Under the pieces are notes generated by a model. It ran no database searches. It saw nothing but the letters and a program-made list of their open reading frames with translations, and was not told where the DNA came from. Positions 45,591-55,427 of a DNA stretch of 64,000 bases are shown here, piece after piece. The first letter of the stretch is position 1. Each line of letters opens with the position of its first letter. The stretch is from sequence record MG655270.1; one strand, 5' to 3'. The position numbers and the translations under genes are program-made.

Positions 45591-46229
45591 TTAACTGGTT
45601 AACCGTGCTTCGTAATCCGCAATGATCGTGCGTAACTGGGCAATGGTGTTGTTGGCTTCCAGCAATTGTGCGTGTTCCGTTGTCCGGCGTTTAATGGCGT
45701 TCAAACGGTTCTGCTCGGCCAGCCGATATTGCTCAGCCGTCACAGCATTCGTAGAAGGGGCCACCGCAATCGCAATGGTAGGTTCTATCCCAATCAAATC
45801 ACTGATCGCTGCTTTAATCACATCTTGTGTTTGTTGCAATTGATCAATGATCGCCGACGGCACTGCACCCAGCGACATCGACATGACAATGTACTGATAT
45901 TGAATTGCCGAGTCATCAGGGAACTGGGTGATGTAAGTACTGGGGATGTAGATCGGGGTACGGCCTACCGCGCTTAAGGTGATGATGTTCGCCGCCACCA
46001 ATACATCCGCATCCATGTCCGCTTGCTTTAACCCCACCGGGGTATAGACACGCGCCAGAATGTCGACGCCTAAAGCCTGGAGCTCCTGGAAGGTACGAAT
46101 GGCTTGCACGGTATAGATCACACCTGGATCAACCCGAGCAAAATCCGTGACGTTGGCCGCACCCATATACGGGGTGGCGACTTTGAACAACCCCTTCGTT
46201 AGAATGGGTGGGGTTAATGACGTTGCCAT
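45591..46229 (-). CDS. Putative virion structural protein (phiKZ-like core)
   Basis: 212 aa; RBS aggag; lies in the core structural block; C-terminal coiled coil. Confidence 0.6.
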   Translation of the reverse strand: MATSLTPPILTKGLFKVATPYMGAANVTDFARVDPGVIYTVQAIRTFQELQALGVDILARVYTPVGLKQADMDADVLVAANIITLSAVGRTPIYIPSTYITQFPDDSAIQYQYIVMSMSLGAVPSAIIDQLQQTQDVIKAAISDLIGIEPTIAIAVAPSTNAVTAEQYRLAEQNRLNAIKRRTTEHAQLLEANNTIAQLRTIIADYEARLTS

Positions 46230-46239
46230 GGACTACTCC

Positions 46240-47553
46240 TTATGTATACAGTGACTCAACATAAGGTTTCGCCACGACTAAAAACTTAATGCCATTAACA
46301 GACTTCGCTGCACAGATTACACCGTCGCGCACCACGCGGGAGATCTCTGATGGCAACTCACTGAACTCCGACATGGTCTCAGCGGCGATCAGCATCTGTT
46401 GCATGGCAAAGATAAACGCCTGGGTCTCTGGTGAGATCCGGTCAAACTCCACATTGTCAGACGGCAGCAGGGCGTAATCCGGGTAGAGCTCTTTCAGCTT
46501 GATCTGGCCACCGCGGTTAGTCGGTTTCGCCACACTGTAGAGTGCCAGGGATTTATGCAACGCCGGGAAGACCTGCAGTGACGCTTTGATGTGATCGGCC
46601 GGATACCACTTCATTACCTTGGTCGGCATCTCCAGCATTGTTTCATAATCCACAACTGGAGAGTTGGTGCCCGTTTCGGTGGTTTTGTTAGGAATGCTAT
46701 AGGAGCGCCAGTCAGGTGCAATGACATACTCGATCGGGTTAAAAAGATCAGGGATGACCAACGCCCACTCATCTTCACCGAACTTTGAGTTTGCCAGGAT
46801 ATCGGCTTTCAGCAACTCATAGATCGCATCATCGTTGTTGCCGTTCTTACCGTAACCGACGATGGTGAAATATCCCGTCTGCCATTTACTGGTATTCTCT
46901 TTGTCGTAGATCTTGAATTCAATATCACGGACAAAGGTCGGCGGATTAATGCCCATGATGGCATTAATGTTCTTGGCGATATCGCCTTTCGTTACCGAAT
47001 CGATTGCAGTTTTTGCTGTTGCGTAATCTTCGTGCAACACATCAATTTGGCTCAATGGGACAGGATAGTCAGCAAAGAGTTCATAGCGCGGGTAGCTCAG
47101 CTCGAACGACTCATCAGATAACCAAATCTTGATGGTGTTGTCATCACTGCCACTCAGTTTACCTGAGACCCATTCAGGCGCCCAGTACTTACCGTCAGTG
47201 ATCATGTCACCGATTGCTAAGTTTTCCCATGACGTATCGAAGTCTGCTTTGATCTGCTGCAGCGCAATCGTCTTGTCATTGGTGAAACGACCATCAGCAA
47301 TACGCACGAGCATCCACGCCTGCAAACTAAGGATTGCCAGACTGTAAGTATTCGCTAATTGGAACGCTACGTTATTCTCATCAACTGCTGTGAAAACAAG
47401 TAGAGCAGTACCTGGTTTATCCGTGTTAGTGTACGTCCCAATATCCCGTGAAAAAGACATTGAGAGTTGCGATATTTCGCCAATGGGGTTAGTAACACCT
47501 TTCTGGTTGTTATTCAGTGACGGATACACCGAAAACCCTAAGATCGTTTTCAT
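46240..47553 (-). CDS. Putative virion structural protein (phiKZ-like core)
   Basis: Start reassigned to MKTILGF; TNPIGEIS..S..F motif as recalled for phiKZ-family structural proteins. Confidence 0.6.
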   Translation of the reverse strand: MKTILGFSVYPSLNNNQKGVTNPIGEISQLSMSFSRDIGTYTNTDKPGTALLVFTAVDENNVAFQLANTYSLAILSLQAWMLVRIADGRFTNDKTIALQQIKADFDTSWENLAIGDMITDGKYWAPEWVSGKLSGSDDNTIKIWLSDESFELSYPRYELFADYPVPLSQIDVLHEDYATAKTAIDSVTKGDIAKNINAIMGINPPTFVRDIEFKIYDKENTSKWQTGYFTIVGYGKNGNNDDAIYELLKADILANSKFGEDEWALVIPDLFNPIEYVIAPDWRSYSIPNKTTETGTNSPVVDYETMLEMPTKVMKWYPADHIKASLQVFPALHKSLALYSVAKPTNRGGQIKLKELYPDYALLPSDNVEFDRISPETQAFIFAMQQMLIAAETMSEFSELPSEISRVVRDGVICAAKSVNGIKFLVVAKPYVESLYT

Positions 47554-47631
47554 AGCTCGCCCTTTACATGGGATGGGATTAAGATACATAACATTTAACA
47601 CAGTGTACGAGGGCCTGTAGGGAGACGAGAC

Positions 47632-48039
47632 GTGTTGTGGTTAAAGCTATTCTTTTGGAGTCTTCCTTTCATAAAAAAGCGGTCAAAGACTTTCATGGCC
47701 GATGGAGCGACTCGTTATAATGCATCGAAAAAAGCACGGGGTTGGTTCTACGCTATTTCGATGTCATTCTTTCTATTCCTTGGCATCCTTACCTGGGGCT
47801 ACCGCCAGTATGACTACCTGTCCAAACAGAACCGTCATATGACTGAAGAGATCTCCCAGCTTAAAGGTCGCATCAACATCTACCCTACTCTTTCTGATAC
47901 AATTGAACAGAACCGTTTGTTATTGACACAAAACCATGATCTTGCAGAGGAACTCATTAAAACTCGTCAAAACAATAACGAGTTATATAAAGAGAACCAA
48001 AAACTGCAAAGTCAGCTTGAAAAAGCATTAGGTAAATGA
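47632..48039 (+). CDS. TM + coiled-coil protein
   Basis: FYAISMSFFLFLGILTW then heptad repeats. Confidence 0.6.
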   Translation: MLWLKLFFWSLPFIKKRSKTFMADGATRYNASKKARGWFYAISMSFFLFLGILTWGYRQYDYLSKQNRHMTEEISQLKGRINIYPTLSDTIEQNRLLLTQNHDLAEELIKTRQNNNELYKENQKLQSQLEKALGK

Positions 48040-48113
48040 TGAACACCCGTTTTGGTAATTTATTACGTAGTTGATCAATTATAAGAGAGATATTGTTTAT
48101 TCGAGGGTGTTTC

Positions 48114-49634
48114 ATGGACAAGTTACCAAGTACCGCACTGCCAAAGGTGTCAATGGTTTTATACACCGATGGCGGTTGTCGTCAAAACATCGGAGGCTGG
48201 GGAATACATGGTTATTCCTGGCTGGTTGAAGACGATGACAAAAAGAAAAAGAAAAAGCCGGCGCGTGACGTCCCGTCAACGACTGGCTACATTGTAAAAG
48301 ACGATCCGAAACTCGACAGTCGTGAAGTGGTCAGGCCCCACGAAGTGATTGAAGGGTTTGGTGGTATTTTACCTAACACCACGAATAACGTTGCGGAACT
48401 TACGGCAACTATTAATGGTATTGACTTAGCACTGCAGCAGAACACAGAAAAGCTCCTCGTCATCTCCGATTCCAAATATGTCGGCGACAATGCAAAGAAC
48501 CAATTGCATCGTTGGATGAAAGCCGGCTGGAAGAAAGCGGATGGCGGGGATGTTGCCAACAAAGAGCTGTGGGAAACCCTCAGCAGCAAACTTGATGAGC
48601 TGAAGTATCGCGGCATCTCGTTTGACATCGAATGGCTGAAAGGGCATGCGGGCCACCGTGGAAATCAGTTCGCTGACTACATGGCAACCCGCGGTGTCTT
48701 TAAAGGCCGTGTTGGTGACGCTACCCCGTATTATCAGATCCAGGATGCCGGTGAGTACGATAAGTACAAAACCGAACGTCCGCGCTTTGTCACGCACTCG
48801 CGCTGGTACTTCACGTTACAGACTGAAAAGTTGATGAACAAGAATGAACAGGGCTTGTACGAGTATTGCTTTGGCCACCCAAGTAAAGGGGATGCTGATC
48901 AGCAGTACTTAGGCAAAGCGTTAGCCGACACCGCCTTTAGCGTGGTGTGGTTGAAAGCACCTGAAGAGTGTTTGGATCTGGTTTATTCACGCACCAAAGA
49001 GATCGCTACCGACGTTTACGGTAACGCCTTCATTGGTCGCCTGGATAACATTTACAACTCATTCATTCACAAAGAGATCATGGACTACGGCGGGTCGTTA
49101 TTGCAACGTGCGAATAAGTACAACAATGACATCACCAACTGTACCGATGCTCAAGTGGTGCGTGAGTGTAACCCGCCAGGTATCTCTTACCGGGCACTGT
49201 CGAATTTAGGACAGCTTAGTAAGATCCTGAATGAATTTGTCAGCGACAGTTTACCTGTGACAACCAGGGTGGTAGAGATTACTGACAAAATCTACCAGAC
49301 CGTGAAAGGTAAGAAAGAAGATAAGCTGGCATTGCTCGGTTCGATTCGTCAAACCGACAAAGCGCTCAAGTTCGATGTACCGTGTGATGTACTCGACAAA
49401 GCGATCTCCGTCGAAGTTACAGCCACGCTTGGATTGACCTTACCCAACCGTAATACGTTAAACGGTCTTACGGAACTCAATCCAAAGGTATACCTGTTCT
49501 TGACAAAAGAGTCCGACATTGCATTTCGCTACGGATCGATTGTGGTATGCGATGAAGGGTATTGCATCATGGCCAACGTATACGCTGACCTGCGTACGCT
49601 GTCAAAAAAGGATCTGGAGCGTTGCGGGCAGTAA
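48114..49634 (+). CDS. rnhA: Ribonuclease HI with C-terminal extension (phiKZ-type)
   Basis: YTDGGC, TTNNVAEL.A, SDSKYV, WLKGHAG..GN..AD. Confidence 0.9.
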   Translation: MDKLPSTALPKVSMVLYTDGGCRQNIGGWGIHGYSWLVEDDDKKKKKKPARDVPSTTGYIVKDDPKLDSREVVRPHEVIEGFGGILPNTTNNVAELTATINGIDLALQQNTEKLLVISDSKYVGDNAKNQLHRWMKAGWKKADGGDVANKELWETLSSKLDELKYRGISFDIEWLKGHAGHRGNQFADYMATRGVFKGRVGDATPYYQIQDAGEYDKYKTERPRFVTHSRWYFTLQTEKLMNKNEQGLYEYCFGHPSKGDADQQYLGKALADTAFSVVWLKAPEECLDLVYSRTKEIATDVYGNAFIGRLDNIYNSFIHKEIMDYGGSLLQRANKYNNDITNCTDAQVVRECNPPGISYRALSNLGQLSKILNEFVSDSLPVTTRVVEITDKIYQTVKGKKEDKLALLGSIRQTDKALKFDVPCDVLDKAISVEVTATLGLTLPNRNTLNGLTELNPKVYLFLTKESDIAFRYGSIVVCDEGYCIMANVYADLRTLSKKDLERCGQ

Positions 49635-49644
49635 AGGGTGACTT

Positions 49645-50001
49645 GTGACCACGTTATTCGCCGGTGCACCAACCAAGCTTCCGATGATGGACCTGTCTGC
49701 GATCATTGATCCAGATAAGGATATCGAGTCTCGGCTTAAACGGAAACTGTTATTAACTTTCGTTTGTCATTGTCGTCGTCCTCGTGCGAGTGCAGATGAG
49801 CTTAACCGCACACATGCACTATGCGAGGACTCGGCAGACGTTGAGCAGTGTCTTGATTACATCTCGCGCATGGGTCCTGAGTTCAGTGAAGCTTACGATG
49901 GTGTTGATCTTGAATGTGTGATGGATATCATCGGGCGCACGCCTGAATGGCTCCGTTACGGATCTGCTATTGAAATGTGGACAGACCTCAAGCAGTTGTA
50001 G
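49645..50001 (+). CDS. Hypothetical protein
   Basis: 118 aa, GTG start. Confidence 0.55.
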   Translation: MTTLFAGAPTKLPMMDLSAIIDPDKDIESRLKRKLLLTFVCHCRRPRASADELNRTHALCEDSADVEQCLDYISRMGPEFSEAYDGVDLECVMDIIGRTPEWLRYGSAIEMWTDLKQL

Positions 50002-50050
50002 GGCATAAGAGGAGGGCGTGAGCCCTCCTCTACTTTATGCTGCTTTTTTT
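50002..50050. terminator. Bidirectional terminator with the TTATGC motif on both strands
   Basis: GGCATAA-gaggagggc-gtga-gccctcctc-tac-TTTATGCTG between convergent genes. Confidence 0.8.
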
Positions 50051-50847
50051 TATTTGACTTCTTTTGCCAACTTCACTGCAGTGTTGTTCAGTGCCGTTCC
50101 TGTTGAAATGAACAGGGTATGACAAACACTATAGAGATCAGCCGCACGGGCCGTAGACAGCAGCGTCTTCGCCAGGTTGTCGATATCAGCCTTACTGAGT
50201 ACCAGTTCGCCAGACTCAATCTGACTGAAGACCAGATCAGACAGTTCCGCCACGCGTTTCACCGCCAGGTTGAAGTTGTAGATCTGCCCGCGCTTTAACA
50301 TCGCCACGAGCTTATTAAAGTCAGTGTAGACGTTGGTGAATTCCGTCAGGTTCGGGAAACGGGCGGCGAAGCTGATATCAGTGACATCTTTTCCACCCAG
50401 CGATTTACCTAACATTGCTTCCACTTTACCCAGGATAGCCTTGTCCACGTTCGGGGCGTACGCGACACTGGCATTACCCGCAGAGACACCCGCGAGCCAA
50501 GAGTGCAGCTTACTGATGTGGGTCGACTCCAGCATGGTGCAGAAAGCCCGGGCGGTTGCCAGGTTCTCAACCCATTCTTGATAGCTGACATTCAGACGCG
50601 CCGGTTGATAGATCGTGCGATCCATGAAGTCGGTGTAGTTGTGCGATGCCAGCGCTTTGGATAACGGGCTGAGGTCAGCGGTGATCAGATCCTGTGCAGT
50701 ACCATACGCACGATCGCTGAAGAACTTCTTAATGCCATCAAAGAAGTTGCGGATGGGGGCAATAATGTTTAATGCTTCGAGGCCGGCACCGGTTGACTCA
50801 CGCAGTTCCTGGTAGTCGGCTTCGAGGTTTTCAATGTTGTACGACAT
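50050..50847 (-). CDS. Putative virion head protein with propeptide
   Basis: AGLE-A motif at about residue 22; position next to uvsX as in phiKZ-like genomes. Confidence 0.6.
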   Translation of the reverse strand: MSYNIENLEADYQELRESTGAGLEALNIIAPIRNFFDGIKKFFSDRAYGTAQDLITADLSPLSKALASHNYTDFMDRTIYQPARLNVSYQEWVENLATARAFCTMLESTHISKLHSWLAGVSAGNASVAYAPNVDKAILGKVEAMLGKSLGGKDVTDISFAARFPNLTEFTNVYTDFNKLVAMLKRGQIYNFNLAVKRVAELSDLVFSQIESGELVLSKADIDNLAKTLLSTARAADLYSVCHTLFISTGTALNNTAVKLAKEVK

Positions 50848-50928
50848 ATGTACTCCGTGAGATAAAAGTAATCTGTTACATAAGATGACTTATTATGAAG
50901 GTATTATTAATTAAAAGGACCGCACACA

Positions 50929-52314
50929 ATGTTGTCATTCGGTGAATTTGTTGAGAAGTCACGCCCTATTCGACCTTTCTTGAATATCGGCGCGGGCTTT
51001 GATATCCCAACCGGTAGCTATCGTTTCGGTAAGCACGGTGAATCTATTCTTAATGGTGGTCTGGCGCCATTCATTGCGATCGTTGGTAAAGGCAACACCT
51101 TTAAAACAGCGATCGGTTGTTTCATGATGACCCGCGTGCTGGAGCGCTACAATAACTCTAACGGTCTCCACTACGATACCGAGTGTACGTTCAGTGCCGA
51201 TCGTCTTACCAGTCTTACCAGTCGTCTGGGTCCGAATGCTGCTGCAGAGTGGCTGGCCAACGAACGTATCTACCTGACTGATGACTCCATCATTAAAGGT
51301 AACCAGTGGTTTAAGAAATCGGTGCAGGAATACTCCGAAGCGAAGAAGAAAGCCAAAATGGGCACGCTGCCGTTTGTGGATAAAGATGGGAACTTAATCC
51401 CGTATCCATACCCGACAGTCAACTTTGGCGATTCCATGTCTGAGATGAAATTCGACGATCTGGAAAAGAACTACGCCAAGATGGAAATCGGCCAGGGTGA
51501 AATGCAAACGGAAGCCATGCGTGTGTCGAATGCCAAACGCATGTTAATCGAAAAGACCCAGGGTTACGCCAACGCCGGCGGCATGTATGTCATCATGACA
51601 GCGCACTTAGGTAAAGAGCTGAACATGGATGGTAAACCACAAGAGAAGAAAACCACCTTTATGAAACAAGGTGACAAAATCTCTAAGGTGCCTTCACAGA
51701 TCCTCTCTCTGCCAAACAACGCCTGGGAGATCTCTACCGGTACGGTGTTGATTGATAAGAACACCAAAGAGTGGATGTACCCGAAACAGGGTCGCAACGA
51801 CGTGGATACCAACGGTAACCCGGACATGATCACTCTGGTGGCGAAGAACCTGCGCGGGAAGAATGGCCCGTCTGGTGTGCCGTGGGAATTCGTGATGTCA
51901 CAGTCTGAAGGCCTGCTGCCGTCCCTGACTGAGTTCCATTACATTAAGAACAACGGCCGTTACGGCCTGGGTGGCAATGACCGTAATTATTATGTTGAAT
52001 TGTGCCCAGATATCAAGCTGCAGCGCACCACCGTGCGTGATCGCATCGACGACAACCCTGAGTTACGTCGGGCATTAGAGATCACCATGGAGATGTGTCA
52101 GATGCGTTTCCTGTGGCACACCCGCGATCCAAAGTACAACATGACTCCTCAGGAACTGCGTGAAGGCCTGGAGAAGAAAGGGTACAAATGGGATCAGCTG
52201 CTCAACACCCGTGGGTTCTGGACGTTTGAAGAAGACAACCATCCATTACCATTCTTAAGCACAATGGATCTACTCCGCATGTATCATGATGAGTATCGCC
52301 CATACTGGCTGTAA
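50929..52314 (+). CDS. uvsX: UvsX/RecA-like recombinase (phiKZ-type)
   Basis: LNIGAGFDIPTG, IVGKGNTFKT Walker A, HYDTE, DS.S, KN.RG.NG. Confidence 0.8.
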   Translation: MLSFGEFVEKSRPIRPFLNIGAGFDIPTGSYRFGKHGESILNGGLAPFIAIVGKGNTFKTAIGCFMMTRVLERYNNSNGLHYDTECTFSADRLTSLTSRLGPNAAAEWLANERIYLTDDSIIKGNQWFKKSVQEYSEAKKKAKMGTLPFVDKDGNLIPYPYPTVNFGDSMSEMKFDDLEKNYAKMEIGQGEMQTEAMRVSNAKRMLIEKTQGYANAGGMYVIMTAHLGKELNMDGKPQEKKTTFMKQGDKISKVPSQILSLPNNAWEISTGTVLIDKNTKEWMYPKQGRNDVDTNGNPDMITLVAKNLRGKNGPSGVPWEFVMSQSEGLLPSLTEFHYIKNNGRYGLGGNDRNYYVELCPDIKLQRTTVRDRIDDNPELRRALEITMEMCQMRFLWHTRDPKYNMTPQELREGLEKKGYKWDQLLNTRGFWTFEEDNHPLPFLSTMDLLRMYHDEYRPYWL

Positions 52315-52394
52315 GTGTACCCACTGTGGGAGAGGGTTATCCCTCTCCTTCTTATACCGTCAGTAGAGGGAAATAAGCTAATAGGAAGCAGTAT

Positions 52395-52814
52395 ATGCTT
52401 AACAAAGAAATACGCATTGTCGTTGCGTCGACTAAAGGTTTCAACGACGCAGAGCGTTTAAAACTGACTATTGACGGCCTCCTGGAAGATATCTATTACC
52501 TCAACGAAGGGGTAGGTGATGAGGACGAGGAGTTGATCACTGATGCCAAGATCGTTTTCATCACCAATGGCGAACACAAAACAGCGGCTGAGTTGCTGCC
52601 TGGTGTGTTGGGTGATCGGAACATCGACATCGAAGTGATCAAGGTTGATTGGTCAAAAGGTAAGAAAGCGTTTTTTGATAACTGCGCTGTATTGGGTGCG
52701 AAGTCGACCCACGGCGTCATTTTTACGGACAGCAAAGATGACGGGATGCAGACACTGCTGAAAGCATGTCTCGATGCCGGCTCACGCGTTCGTACTTATA
52801 GCTCTGCTATTTGA
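52395..52814 (+). CDS. Degenerate YspA-like SLOG protein
   Basis: IVV.S..GFND, I.VDW..GK.A, VIF.D....G..L..A; lacks GAD and RN residues. Confidence 0.6.
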   Translation: MLNKEIRIVVASTKGFNDAERLKLTIDGLLEDIYYLNEGVGDEDEELITDAKIVFITNGEHKTAAELLPGVLGDRNIDIEVIKVDWSKGKKAFFDNCAVLGAKSTHGVIFTDSKDDGMQTLLKACLDAGSRVRTYSSAI

Positions 52815-52828
52815 GAAAGGTAACCCCC

Positions 52829-53275
52829 ATGATAGCCTCAGAAGCTCACGTTAGTATACTTGACGTTAATGTCACCCACGTTATATGCACAGTTAATTGC
52901 GAAGGGCATATGGGTCGTGGCATAGCCTTGTATCTGCGTAAGTGTATTCCGGGGCTATATGAGCGGTATAAACACCTGTGCAGTTTAGGGATCATCACGG
53001 TAGACAAACTCTGGATCTACCCATCACACCCCCGTCAGATTCTCTGCTTTCCAACCAAAGATAAAACCTGGGAAGACAGCAAGCTTGAATGGATCGAAGC
53101 CAATCTCATAAAGCTTCGTGACAACTACAAAACAAAAGGCATTGTCTCTGTGGCGATGCCTCCTCTTGGATGTGGAAACGGTAACCTAAAGTGGGATGAG
53201 GTGCGGAGCCTCATTTATGCCATCTTGGGCGATTGTGACCTTGAAGTCCACATCTGTTTAGGTAAACCGAAGTGA
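52829..53275 (+). CDS. DarG/TARG1-type macro domain ADP-ribosylhydrolase
   Basis: TVNC.G.MG.GIA, FPTK..W..S..EWI, SVAMP.LGCGNG.L.W..V. Confidence 0.85.
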   Translation: MIASEAHVSILDVNVTHVICTVNCEGHMGRGIALYLRKCIPGLYERYKHLCSLGIITVDKLWIYPSHPRQILCFPTKDKTWEDSKLEWIEANLIKLRDNYKTKGIVSVAMPPLGCGNGNLKWDEVRSLIYAILGDCDLEVHICLGKPK

Positions 53276-53304
53276 GGGAAACACCCTGAATAGGAGCCAG
53301 TATT

Positions 53305-54186
53305 ATGTCTGATAACGCACGCGTTTTACCCGATCCACGCGAAGATGGCAAGACGCACATCAACGTCTATAGCCGTGGCGCTTCCTGGTTAGGACAGCAA
53401 CTTTCTAATATGTCCTACTACGACTTCGCACATCCACGCTACGGCGTGTTCGCCTCGTTGGAGGGCTTCTGGTATTGGTTGTCTACGGGCAAGCAACACG
53501 AGGAGTTACGGAAGCTTGCCGGGGTCAAAGCGAAAATGACCGGCCGGGAGTTCGAGACGATCCCAAATGAAAACTTTGAAGAAGAGTTCAAAGAAGCCAT
53601 GCGTCTGCGTCTGGAGCAACACCCGATCATTGCTAACGCCCTGGCTGAATCGTTACTGCCGTTAAAGCACTACTATTGTTACGGTGGGAAAGTGATCGAC
53701 TTGTATGACCGCCACAAATGGCAGATGGACTTCTACGAGGAGTGGCGTAAAGCCAATGCCCCCGAAGACACCACCTTGGTATTGTTGATCTCTGGCTCAC
53801 GTAAAGAGAAAGACTACGACGCCTTTAAGCACATCGTGATGACCTACCTGCAACCGTATATCGACAAGATAAAGGACACGTACAAAATCACCCTGCTTTC
53901 GGGGCTCGCCTGGGAAGGTCCCGATGACATGGCAATTCGTCTGTGTCGGGAAGAAGGCTTCATGTTGATTGGTCTGCCGGCTAAGTGGAAAGAGCAAGGC
54001 AAAGCCGCGGGCATGATCCGTAATGGTGCCATGGGGCGGTTGTGTAACAAGGCTCTGGTGTTCTGGGATGGCGAATCACCGGGGACAAAAGGGATGATTG
54101 ATTACCTGAAGAAAAATACTATAGACCATCTTGTGTATTTACACGGTAAACATGAACCTGACTGGAAAGCCCCGGAGACATCATGA
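53305..54186 (+). CDS. NADAR-like domain fused to a YspA-like SLOG domain
   Basis: N-term HIN.YS.G..LG..LSN....F.SLEG.W...G..AK..GR; C-term ISGSR..DY, SG.A..GPD, A.W...GK.AG.IRN, FWDG.S.GT..MI. Confidence 0.7.
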   Translation: MSDNARVLPDPREDGKTHINVYSRGASWLGQQLSNMSYYDFAHPRYGVFASLEGFWYWLSTGKQHEELRKLAGVKAKMTGREFETIPNENFEEEFKEAMRLRLEQHPIIANALAESLLPLKHYYCYGGKVIDLYDRHKWQMDFYEEWRKANAPEDTTLVLLISGSRKEKDYDAFKHIVMTYLQPYIDKIKDTYKITLLSGLAWEGPDDMAIRLCREEGFMLIGLPAKWKEQGKAAGMIRNGAMGRLCNKALVFWDGESPGTKGMIDYLKKNTIDHLVYLHGKHEPDWKAPETS

Positions 54187-54857
54187 CCCCAGCACGCGAA
54201 CAGACCCAGCAATTTGTGATCGAGGCTATTGCTGAGATTCTCCCCGGTTCTAAGAACCGGGATATCTATATCGACTTCTTCTCGCGGTTGAGCGATGAGG
54301 CGTTTGATGCCCTGATGCAGCGGATGGATGAAGACCAGGAGATCTTCCCCTTCTACCATCCGAACTTTACCGGCACGGTAATTGATGTTGAACGTGTGAT
54401 CAAGTTAATTGAAAAGCACGGCGACACCATCATGGAGCAGCTCTGGGATATCGACCCGGAAACCGGACTGCAGTACCTGACTCCATTGAAGTATCCGGTG
54501 CTGTTACTTCCGCTGCGTATTCAGCAGCAGAAGCTGCAGAAGAAGATGTCGATTCCAAAAGACAACAACCACATCGACGATCTGACTAACCAGCCCACCA
54601 CCGAATCCAAAGGGGCTTCTTTGTCTTACCCGGAAGTGCAGATCATCTATGCCATGGGTGGTGACAAGATTCTGGAAGAGACCATGAAGGTCCGTGGTGG
54701 TGATGAGAAGGCGTTTCGTGATTACAATAACGAAATCATTGCAAGCGGCGGTGTCACCATTGGTGCAATCAGCAGCAGCAAGACCAAGGTGAAGTCCACC
54801 AAAACCGTGCAAGTGATTCTTGAGGCCATGCACCTGAGCAACAACCTGGCCAGTTAA
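54183..54857 (+). CDS. Virion RNA polymerase beta subunit, C-terminal fragment (phiKZ gp149-like)
   Basis: QQQKL.KK.SIP.....DDLT.QPT..SKG..LS.PE.Q...A.G....L.E..KVRGGD parallels the beta C-terminus. Confidence 0.8.
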   Translation: MTPAREQTQQFVIEAIAEILPGSKNRDIYIDFFSRLSDEAFDALMQRMDEDQEIFPFYHPNFTGTVIDVERVIKLIEKHGDTIMEQLWDIDPETGLQYLTPLKYPVLLLPLRIQQQKLQKKMSIPKDNNHIDDLTNQPTTESKGASLSYPEVQIIYAMGGDKILEETMKVRGGDEKAFRDYNNEIIASGGVTIGAISSSKTKVKSTKTVQVILEAMHLSNNLAS

Positions 54858-54866
54858 GGATGCAAC

Positions 54867-55427
54867 ATGAGTAGCTTGATAAACAACCTGACCGGTAAAA
54901 ACAAAGTTGAGTTCAGCCCGATTGATCTTGACAGTGAAGTCGAGCGGGTTGTCTCTGAGTATGTCGGTACATACTTACGCAACCGTATCTTTCTGGCGGC
55001 GCAATCGAAGATACCGGTGAATGAAGACCCGGGGTATCTGCAGATTGTAAACTTCTTGGCGTTGGTCAACATGGAGTTCAACCATATGCGCATGTGGTCT
55101 ACGTCTGACATGACCAATACCGTCTGGCCGCAGATCGTTGAAGATGAGTATGTGTTGCGCTTTGTGTTTAAAGGCACTACCCATGTCAGTGTGCGGTGCT
55201 TTGATGGCGACGTACCCTTTCAGAAACTGGTCGACCACGTGGCCGGTTCTCTAAGCTGCATGTCGCACGGCGGAAATGAAATCATCGCAGCAGCGTTAAC
55301 CCAGGTCCTGCCACGCAATGACGAACTGGTTGAGCTCTTTACCGGTAACCAATGGTCGTTGTTCATTTATTACCTGACGCGCATTAACATCATTGAGATT
55401 GTGACCAATTCGGGAGGTAGTGTATAA
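54867..55427 (+). CDS. Conserved core hypothetical protein
   Basis: 186 aa, tightly coupled in core operon. Confidence 0.65.
   Translation: MSSLINNLTGKNKVEFSPIDLDSEVERVVSEYVGTYLRNRIFLAAQSKIPVNEDPGYLQIVNFLALVNMEFNHMRMWSTSDMTNTVWPQIVEDEYVLRFVFKGTTHVSVRCFDGDVPFQKLVDHVAGSLSCMSHGGNEIIAAALTQVLPRNDELVELFTGNQWSLFIYYLTRINIIEIVTNSGGSV

Noticed and set aside
47632-48039. Holin or i-spanin call
   Set aside because: TM plus coiled coil is compatible, but no embedded or adjacent o-spanin lipoprotein or endolysin gene supports it.
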